Source: Ylistrum balloti (taxonomy: Eukaryota). From it: a stretch of 64,000 bases of DNA. Below are positions 49,755 to 59,284 of this stretch, piece by piece. A model generated the notes under the pieces. It searched no databases. It had not been told where the DNA came from and saw only the letters and a program-made list of their open reading frames with translations. The DNA is taken from positions 496,001-560,000 of the forward strand of contig NW_026781957.1 in assembly GCF_031769215.1 (NCBI RefSeq), read 5' to 3'. Numbering within the stretch: the stretch's first letter is position 1; every line of letters begins with the position of its first letter. Both the position numbers and the translations under genes were made by a program.

Positions 49755-50530
49755 TCCTGTATGTCGATGTAGTGACAGAACTGAAGTCTTGTTTGTTGAT
49801 GAAGTGACAGAACTGAAGTCTTGTTTGTTGATGTAGTGACAGAACTGAAGTCTTGTTTGTTGATGTAGTGACAGAACTGAAGTCTTAGAGACATAACTGA
49901 AGTCTTGTTTGTCGATGTAGTGACAGAACTGAAGTCTTGTATGTCGTTGTAGTAACAGAACTGAAGTCTTGTATGTCGGTGTAGTGACAGAACTGAAGTC
50001 TTGTTTGTTGACGTAGTGACAGAACTGAAGTCTTGTTTGTTGATGTAGAGACAGAACTGAAGTCTTGTAGAGACAGAACTGAAGTCTTGTTGTAGTGACA
50101 GAACTGAAGTCTTGTTTGTTGATGTAGTGACAGAACTGAAGTCTTGTATGTTGACATAGTGACAGAACTGAAGTCTTGTTTGTTGATGTAGAGACAGAAC
50201 TGAAGTCTTGTTTGTTGATGTAGTGACAGAACTGAAGTCTTGTTTGTTGATGTAGAGACAGAACTGAAGTCTTGTTTGTTGATGTAGTGACAGAACTGAA
50301 GTCTTGTTTGTTGATGTAGAGACAGAACTGAAGTCTTGTATGTGACAGAACTGAAGTCTTGTATGTCGATGTAGTGACAGAACTGAAGTCTTGTTTGTTG
50401 ATGTAGAGACAGAACTGAAGTCTTGTATGTCGATGTAGTGACAGAACTGAAGTCTTGTATGTCGATGTAGTGACAGAACTGAAGTCTTGTTTGTTGATGT
50501 AGAGACAGAACTTAAGTCTTGTTTGTTGAT
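49755..50530. repeat. 32-bp minisatellite, ~24 copies
   Basis: Unit GATGTAGTGACAGAACTGAAGTCTTGTTTGTT, e.g. GTGACAG at 49804 and 49836. Confidence 0.95.
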
Positions 50531-50747
50531 GAGAAGCAGTAGACATGGCGTCATTCTCTTTTTTTCCTATCATAAAAGGTTTTTGTTAAAATTTTCGTTT
50601 ATTCATTTTTGTCATCACTTCATTGATTTTTGAGTGTATGAATTTGTGAACATGTCGGTATTTTCTTTTTCTTAATATTTCGTGTAACAGAGTGTGACAC
50701 CCCAAAGTCTCAATAAATATTACTTATGAATCAATGTTTGCTCATCC

Positions 50748-51490
50748 AGGAAAGACTTCCCAAGGGTCCGACTGTGGAAATAGGAAAGACTTCCCAAGGG
50801 TCCGACTGTGGAAATAGGAAAGACTTCCCAAGGGTCCGACTGTGGAAATAGGAAAGACTTTCCAAGAGTCCGACTGTGGAAATAGGAAAGACTTCCCAAG
50901 GGTCCGACTGTGGAAATAGGAAAGACTTCCCAAGGGTCCAACTGTGGAAATAGGAAAGACTTCCCAAGAGTCCGACTGTGGAAATAGGAAAGACTTCCCA
51001 AGGGTCCGACTGTGGAAATAGGAAAGACTTCCCAAGGGTCCGACTGTGGAAATAGGAAAGACTTCCCAAGGGTCCAACTGTGGAAATAGGAAAGACCTCC
51101 CAAGGGTCCAACTGTGGAAATAGGAAAGACTTCCAGGAAAGACTTCCCAAGGGTCCAACTGTGGAAATAGGAAAGACTTCCAGGAAAGACTTCCCAAGGG
51201 TCCAACTATGGAAAAAGGAAAGACTTCCCAAGGGTCCAACTGTGGAAATAGGAAAGACTTCCAGGAAAAACTTCCCAAGGGTCCAACTGTGGAAATAGGA
51301 AAGACTTCCCAAGGGTTCAACTGTGGAAACGGGAAAGACTTCCCAAGGGTCCGATTGTGGAAATGGGAAAGACTTCTTAAGGGTTCAACTGTGGAAATGA
51401 GAAAGACTTCCAGGAAAGACTTCCCAAGGGTCCAACTGTGGAAATGAGAAAGACTTCTTAAGGGTTCAACTGTGGAAATGAGAAAGACTC
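50748..51490. repeat. 34-bp minisatellite, ~21 copies
   Basis: Unit GGAAAGACTTCCCAAGGGTCCGACTGTGGAAATA, e.g. CAAGGG at 50761 and 50795. Confidence 0.95.
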
Positions 51491-51827
51491 CTTCCAAATC
51501 AATATTATTGAATGAAACGGACAAGTTGGACTAGTTTTTTTTGACTATTTTCTTTGTGTTTAAAATTAAAACACAAATATCCGTCATCCAAGAAGAAGAG
51601 AGGGGGAATGGGGTCGTACAATTGTCTGAAACTCGTTCCCATGTTGATGAAAGGTACCGGTAAAGGGAACTTGTTAGTGCCAATGACAGATACCTTTTCT
51701 TGTCACCACTGGGAGATATAACGTTCGGACACTTATTGATGAGAGGATTAGTGTAGTCGCTGATAAGATACGTGTAATTTACCGTAAAGGGCATTAATTC
51801 GTGTTAATAAGAGAAACAAGAACTTAC

Positions 51828-52098
51828 CAATGTTGATGTTAGGAACATATTTGGCAGCGTTAATTTTGTTGACAGCCCACTGTATTGTTGACATGGTGTG
51901 GAGGGCTCCACTAGAGATTTTGCCACACTCGCCCGTACCCATACTCTGTCGGGTACTCATTATCACAGCGAATATGGCGTTAGCTCCGGTGTTGATCTCG
52001 TAAGGACTTGCCCTGCACTGCTCATGACCTCCGACCATGTACCACAACAAGGTCAGTTGCGAAATCAAGAGAAGTAATTTGATGTATCCTGATGTCAT
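51828..52098 (-). CDS. Tandem-VFT single-pass receptor, exon 1 (signal peptide and start of first VFT)
   Basis: ATG at 52098. Signal-peptide-like MTSGYIKLLLLISQLTLLWYMVGG, then AIFAVIMS…CG…WAVNKINA.KYVPNINIG, donor G|gtaagt (phase 1). 271 nt. The seven exons total 3954 nt = 1317 aa + stop. Confidence 0.88.
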
Positions 52099-53754
52099 TT
52101 TGTCGGAATCGCTTATTATGTCGATATTTACGCCCGGGATCTACATCGGGTACGTGTATACATAAATACCATATTTACTGTCCCACATGATGTATGATTT
52201 CAACCTGTTGTTCTACATGGTTGTTTCGTGTCAACTACCTCCAAAGTGTGGGTTGTTGATATCCGTGTCTTTTCTCTCTCGGTGATAAACACAAGCGTGG
52301 TCCCATCACTGATTACTCCACACTGTCACGCTCGCCTTCTCTCACGTCGTTCAGAACCGTCCTTTAAAAGTTTAAAATCTTATGTTTCACACCAATAAAC
52401 ACAGATGTAGTGTAATAACTCCCTTAGATCGACAACGATTGCCCTGGTCGTCTACCGCTGGCCAAGCAGTGACCACTGGACGAATATGTAAACATACCTA
52501 GATCACTGTTTCAATATTGTTGAATTTCGTTTAAATACAAACATGGCAGACGATGTATCCTGAAACGCTTCTACCTTACTGGTTCCGGTTTGACCCAATG
52601 AGGGTCATGTGGGAGGGATGCGTCATGACCTTGTCTGAGTTGTAGTTTTGTGTCCATACCTGTCTGACCAGCACACGTGGGGTAGGACTCTTAATCTTAT
52701 CACAAAGCAAAGAAGGCTACTGCACAGTGATACGATTTTTATTGATTTTACAAAGTCAGGGGTGAATCGATAAAAACCCTTGGTGGACTCTACCTGCGCT
52801 ACATTCCACAGTACAAAACAGACGTACCTGTAGTGTTGTCACAATTCACTCGAGCGAAACGGGGCCCCAGCATAACACAAAAACTCGGTTTTCGTACAAT
52901 TTATGCTTCATTGAAGGAAGATCTCTATTAACTAAATTGAAATAAATTGGCAGGTATCTGTAGCATTTCACAAAGCCACGGGCCTTTTTTGTTCCAAAGT
53001 GGTACAGGTACGTGTAAATAAATGTGTTTTTATGTGTCGGTTATATGTAAGTGTCTTCTCCGATATAGATAAGGTAGGGGAATATTCACACAGGTAATCA
53101 CAGGTGTGCCCAACTACCGTTAATACACAATCTAATACACACCGATACACCTGTATTTACCTGTAGATTAGATACAAGTTTCTCTTTGATAGGTAATCAC
53201 TCTTGTCCACATTCCAATCATAATGGAATATTGATAATTTGGAGCCATGATCATCCGCTCTGTCGGGGCGTGGTCCCAGGGGCGTGGTCCCAGGGGCTTG
53301 AATTCCTGATTATCAAGTCCAAGATACTTTATTTCGTTCAGGTGACTGCCTTGATTCTACATACATACACAGGTAGAGCAGAACATCATCAGTATTAATA
53401 CACAATTTACACACAGAAAAAAACGCAATAAAATAATTCATTAAGCTGATAACGATTAAAACAGAAACATGATCAGATCAAGGACTTAGACATAGTCGAT
53501 ATCTAAGTCATTATTAAGATCTTTCACGCTTTTACATAATTTTATTGATTTGAAAACTCTATTGTTCTTCAGGTTGTAAAGCTTTATTCGTTCATCTATA
53601 CCCATATTAATTATAAATGATTATTTCAGGATGAATAGGTACTCATCTTCAACTTCACTTGTTTTCAAAAATTACACAGGTAATTTCTTTTTATCTTCTT
53701 ACCTGTATGTACTCCGTATAAAATAGATGATAGTCGGGGTAAAGATATGAAAGG

Positions 53755-54830
53755 ACAAACAGACACTAGATAAACCAGACACTAGATAAACCAGACCGTA
53801 GACAAACGGACACCGGATAAACCAGACTCTAGACAAACAGACACTGGATAAACCAGACTCTAGACAAACAGACACTGGATAAACCAGACTCTAGACAAAC
53901 AAACACTAGAGTCTAGACAAACAAACACTAGATAAACCAGACCCTAGACAAACAGACGCTAGATAAACCAGATCCCAGACAAATTGACACTGGATAAACC
54001 AGATCCCAGACAAATTGAGAGTGGATAAACCAGACCCTAGACAAACAGACACCGGAGAAACCAGACCCAAGACAAACAGACACTAGATAAACCAGACCCT
54101 AGACAAACAGACACTGGATAAACCAGACCTTAGACAAACGGACACTGGATAAACCAGACTCTAGATAAACAGACACTAGATAAACCAGACTCTAGACAAA
54201 CAAACACTAGATAAACCAGACCCTAGACAAATAGACACTGGATAAACCAGACCTTAGACAAACGGACACTGGATAAACCAGGCTCTAGACAAACAGACAC
54301 TGGATAAACCAGACTCTAGACAAACAAACACTAGACCCTAGACAAACAGACACTGGATAAACCAGACTCTAGACAAGCAGACACTAGACTCTAGACAAAC
54401 AAACACTAGATAAACCAGACCTTAGACAAACAGACACTGGATAAACCAGACTCTAGACAAGCAGACACTAGATAAACCAGAACCTAGACAAACAGACACT
54501 GGATAAACCAGAACCTAGACAAACAGACACTAGACCCTAGACAAACAGACACTGGATAAACCAGACTCTAGACAAGCAGACACTAGACTCTAGACAAACA
54601 AACACTAGATAAACCAGACCTTAGACAAACAGACACTGGATAAACCAGACTCTAGACAAGCAGACACTAGATAAACCAGAACCTAGACAAACAGACACTG
54701 GATAAACCAGAACCTAGACAAACAGACACTAGATAAACCAGACTTTAGACAAGTAGACACTAAATAAACAAGACCCTAGACAATAGACACTGGATAAACC
54801 AGAACCTAGACAGACACTGGATAAACCAAA
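53755..54830. repeat. 31-bp dimeric minisatellite, ~1.1 kb
   Basis: Unit TCTAGACAAACAGACACTGGATAAACCAGAC, made of two related 15/16-bp halves. Confidence 0.93.
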
Positions 54831-54914
54831 TCTTAAATAATTTCAGACCCTGATGAGTTTACGGTATTAATAACGATTTACTTTGTCTATTGGCGTGCCT
54901 TCACAGATGTTATA

Positions 54915-55250
54915 GAGACAGGTGAACTAAGACAGGTGATACAAAGACATGTGGACTAAGACAGATGATACAAAGACAAGTGGACTAAGACAGATGATAT
55001 AGAGACATGTGCACTAAGACAGATGATATAGAGACAAGTGCACTAAGACAGATGATATAGAGACAGGTGCACTAAGATAGATGATATAGAGACAGGTGCA
55101 CTTAGATGATACAGAGACAGGTGCACTACGACTGGTGATATAGGGACAGGTGCACTAAGACATGTGATATAGAGACAGATGCACTAAGACTGATGATATA
55201 GAGACAGGTGCACTAAGACAGATGTTATGGGGACAGGTGCACTAAGACAA
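54915..55250. repeat. 29-bp tandem repeat, ~11 copies
   Basis: Unit GATATAGAGACAGGTGCACTAAGACAGAT, e.g. copies at 55021 and 55050. Confidence 0.9.
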
Positions 55251-55871
55251 AACGTCATATCACGTTTGTAAACCCGAAACTTTAGGGCCTGGCGCCATCT
55301 TGGGATGTGTGTGGTCATCACATTGACTACAGCGGCTACTGAAGGCTCACATTTGGTATACATTACACAATAATCCTAGTTAACGCATTGACAAATCGGA
55401 AACATTTAGCTATGAAACCAGATGACAAAAAACCGGACAACAGGAAATAATTTTATCTTTACGTCAATGCAATACAAATGGATAGTGTACTAAACTTCAA
55501 TCTGTTATTCTATCTAACATACCAATCCTTTTATTGTAAGAAAGAAACGCTGCAGACGTTGTTCAAAACCGCAGGCGAACATTTAACACGTGTTTTGCTA
55601 CGTGAGATATATATCAAATGTACTTAAAATATTTCAGTGTAGTATTCGTTACTAATTTCATATCTCATGAGTAATCGTTGACCTTTGTTAATACTTTTAT
55701 CCAACTGTGACCTTGAGTGTTGTTTACCTTTAAGGAACACTCCAGTATGTCGTGTGTCTATTAAATAAACAGACTGATCCACGTCTTACTTTTTACAGAC
55801 AGTTAGAAATATGTGAGACACCTTTCTGAAATGAAAGGAAAACGCAGGTACCCGAAATAGCTCATGTCGGT

Positions 55872-56080
55872 CTAATCACACTAAATACACAATCAGGTCA
55901 GTTTAATCACACCAAATACACAATCAGGGCAGATTAATCACACCAAATACACAATCAGGGCAGTTTCATCACACCAAATACACAATCAAGGCAGTTTGAT
56001 CACACCAAATACACAATCAGGGCAGTCTGATCACACCAAATACACAATCAGGGCAGTCTTATCACACCAAAACACAATCG
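55872..56080. repeat. 31-bp tandem repeat, ~6 copies
   Basis: AATCACACCAAATACACAATCAGGGCAG at 55874, 55905 and onward. Confidence 0.9.
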
Positions 56081-56182
56081 GTAGGTCATTTCACTGTACC
56101 TACGATTTTTTTTTATTCGGAAGCTTGTGAAGTAGATGATGAATGTCATGTATATTTCCCTAACAGTGTAACCAGAAACCGT

Positions 56183-56595
56183 TTTACCTGATAACGCGAA
56201 CAATAGATGGCAATCACAGAATATCGGAGGCGGAAGTCGGGCATTGAATTCTGTCACAATGATGACGTCAACAAATCGTCAGCTGTTATTTAACGAGTCC
56301 AATGGAACTTGTTTAGCAGTTTGTCGTCTTAGACAAGTCATCGGCCAGTAAACGTTTCTACATCAAAGAACAGACCCTATGATCAATCATGTTCGAAAGA
56401 AAGACAAAGCCTCCGTACGCTAAATAATAACTGAAACTATTACATGTACAATGGTCATTGTGTCTCCTAGTTTAAATACAAGGTCTACCAGACGCCTCTT
56501 CGCCACTTTCTCGTCGTCTCAACCGACTTTTAATCTCGTCTCTGTACTCCTCTCTCCTCCGTATTAAATCGCACTTTCCTCGATGCTGAAAGGTA
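56183..56595. promoter_or_regulatory. Possible promoter region (ETS site, CRE, flanking splice donors on both strands)
   Basis: GCGGAAGT at 56230-56237, TGACGTCA at 56263-56270, a minus-strand donor-like CAG|GTAAAA near 56187 and a plus-strand AAG|GTAAGA near 56592. It could drive a non-coding first exon of the receptor gene. Inference only. Confidence 0.25.
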
Positions 56596-57433
56596 AGAAA
56601 TATTGCATGAACAAGGATTGTCAAAAGACGTATGTGGATAGCACTAATGTTTTACATACATTGTTGAGTGAGAAACCATCAACGGGTGTGTTGTTTTTCT
56701 ATAATTGCGCGAGACAGTAGTCTATATATAAACATGATAAACAATATCTCCTTGTTTTCCTTTGTATTCGTGAGCTTTTGTAAATTTACAGATTTTTTTT
56801 AATGTATACAATGTATATGAGCGATACATTCTTCATTTTGTCACGAGTGTACCGGATGATTTTATAATCTTTAGTTTGTTGAACCGTCCTTATTTTATTA
56901 TATATATGTATATATATATATATATATATATTTACTTTTGTTATCTTTGTGTCCATTGTCTCGACATCGTTGTTAGCTGATTCAAAATACTATTAACATT
57001 TCGCGCAAAAATTGTTTTAACGAGATTTGAGACAGTTTAGGGTTGACGCCTCCACTACCTAACTGGAATGACGTTTCAGTGGTCCAACTTCTACTGTTCA
57101 AGTATTTCCTGTTGTGAAGGTTGATCAGGATTTGGTATGGAGGTGGTAAACAACATGTCATTATCTAGTATACCTAACTTATCTGTATCTTTGAAAGTTT
57201 ATTTCATGTTACTCCTTGATCTCTTATTTCAGGCATGTCAAGTAATTTCTGAACATCATGACTTTCTTATATAATCGACTTTATATCATATCTTATGTAC
57301 CGATACAAAAAGTTCATTCTGGCCTGTTGGTTACATGTATTTAACAACATCAGGAATGGATATTTGATTTACACTGCTTTCAGATTACTCTTAAACTTCT
57401 ACCTGTTAATTTTCAATTTTCATTCTCCCTATT

Positions 57434-58420
57434 TTAAGAACTTCTCCGTAGACGGGTTTGTAAGAAGCTAGATCTAGCTTCGCATTTTATCAGGGTTACA
57501 TTATAATTTGTCTTATTACCAGGAGAGGTAGCCCCGCTCATACTGGACATGGCTCGACATGGAATTTTCTCAAATCCCGGTGGGGTCGGGACGTATTGCG
57601 CTTCCTCTGGGACTGCTGAATCAGGGTCCATGGAAACTCTCAATCTGGTTTGCCGGAGCAAAGGAAGATCCTCAAACTTGTGTCCTGACAATTCTATATT
57701 ATTCTTTTTGTCCTTTCCTTTTTTACAAATTCCTTTCTCTGATCTCTTCCCTGTCCTTGATTTCAGATCTCTGCAGATTTCTGACTCAGTCGGGCTCATC
57801 ATTTGCTCAAGCAATGTCTGCTGGTAATGCATCAATTCTAATTCTTTGTGACTCATCTTTGATGATACGGAATGCCTGTACTCGTCATCTTCAGTGTTCA
57901 ATCCAGGCAGATTGCTTTGTCGATGCCCGTTTGAACGAGTTTGATCTGTTAAATACTGTCGGTAAAATTCGTCTTCGTCGCTACTGGGCATTGCGTCCTT
58001 TGCCAGGTTGTGTGCAATGGATCCAAATACACCAGAACATTTTTCAGGTGTCTGTCTTCTGTCATATTGTGTTCGTCCTAACAAAGACTTACTCGCAACT
58101 TTCGATCGTTTAGACAATTGTGTTTCGGTAGGAAAATCACTATTATCATGAACTGGTGGTCGACTTAAAGACGTCCTTCCACAAATATTCGAATGTCTCT
58201 GATGATGCATGTCAACTCCAGATAGTTTGGGTGTGCAACCTGCCGCAGGTCTGTTGACGGGAGTGCAAATTGGTGCCAAAGTTTGGCGACGTACGGGTTT
58301 ACTTCCATCAGCTTTCGGTAATTTTTCGCGTTTCCCTGTAATCACACAAGACTTTGGGGACACATCTGGCGACTGTCGTCCGGCGCGACCCCGTGGCTGT
58401 CCAACGGCAGGGAACTGCAT
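57434..58420 (-). CDS. Uncharacterised ~328-aa basic, Ser/Arg-rich disordered protein (single exon or terminal exon)
   Basis: Non-repetitive 987-nt stop-free frame from the ATG at 58420 (MQFPAVGQPRG…LRRSS*) in AT-rich surroundings. The ATG CAG also resembles a splice acceptor. No recognisable domain. Confidence 0.6.
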   Translation of the reverse strand: MQFPAVGQPRGRAGRQSPDVSPKSCVITGKREKLPKADGSKPVRRQTLAPICTPVNRPAAGCTPKLSGVDMHHQRHSNICGRTSLSRPPVHDNSDFPTETQLSKRSKVASKSLLGRTQYDRRQTPEKCSGVFGSIAHNLAKDAMPSSDEDEFYRQYLTDQTRSNGHRQSNLPGLNTEDDEYRHSVSSKMSHKELELMHYQQTLLEQMMSPTESEICRDLKSRTGKRSEKGICKKGKDKKNNIELSGHKFEDLPLLRQTRLRVSMDPDSAVPEEAQYVPTPPGFEKIPCRAMSSMSGATSPGNKTNYNVTLIKCEARSSFLQTRLRRSS

Positions 58421-58506
58421 AATTGTAAGAATAAGGAGGAGGGGTGCCACATAAACTACGGTGCAGTATGCGTTGCAATGCAGAAATTGGCACACCTAGA
58501 ATATTA

Positions 58507-58548
58507 TGACGTCATGTACAATGTTTGACGTCATATACTTGTCACGTG
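58507..58548. promoter_or_regulatory. Two full CRE palindromes plus an E-box
   Basis: TGACGTCA at 58507-58514 and 58526-58533, CACGTG at 58543-58548, ~90 bp upstream of the ATG at 58420. Confidence 0.5.
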
Positions 58549-59284
58549 GAATGCAATGCATCATGAGCGAGAGCGTATTTTTGCGAGCCAAAGCAACCAT
58601 GACGGACTTAATGTCAGTTTGGTTTGTGATATATTAGGTCTTGTATATTGTATAAAACCAAATCAGTGGCATGCAACAATCATCAGAATGACACGTGGTG
58701 TTTAATATAGATATAGACTCCACGTATATTTCAAAATATCTATAGTTACTTAGAAGCATTTTGTAACAAGTTCATAATAATTTTGTATGGTGAGATTTAT
58801 ACATCAAGATTCCTTATGTATCTATGTTACCCAATATATATTTATAAATCTTGTGTGTGAATATGTGAACAGTTTACATGGCATTTACGCAAAATGTATG
58901 TTTCTGTTTTCTTTTTTTCTCCTCGACATTTTGGCAAAAATAATTTTTAAAAAATACTCTAAAATCTCCGTGTATATTTTGTTGATGTTTAGTTGCTGGT
59001 GGTCCCCGAAAATACCAGTGCCCTAAGGCAAATTCATTCAAACGTTTTGCATTTTTTACATATATACCGATATCACAAAGTACATGTGACATTAAATCAG
59101 TTTATTCCTTATTATTTTTGGTGTAAAAAAATAAAGTAATTTGTGAATTATTAACTTATGTGCAATGTTTCTTGAGACTGATTCAATATCTCCGTAAATC
59201 CTTACTGGGTAGAAACTATGATTAAAAAAAATTGGAAGACTAAAACCAAGTTTGTGTATTTGCCTATTAGGCTGTTTTTGTCTC

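Noticed and set aside
46876-51524. Long ORFs of VLVYP/CVGIP, TRLQFC and GKSFLFP repeats
   Set aside because: They arise from the 22-, 32- and 34-bp intronic minisatellites and are open in several frames at once.
38417-52098. Calling the receptor a metabotropic glutamate receptor (GRM) orthologue
   Set aside because: The similarity is limited to the VFT domains; there is no full cysteine-rich domain and no 7TM, so no gene symbol is assigned.
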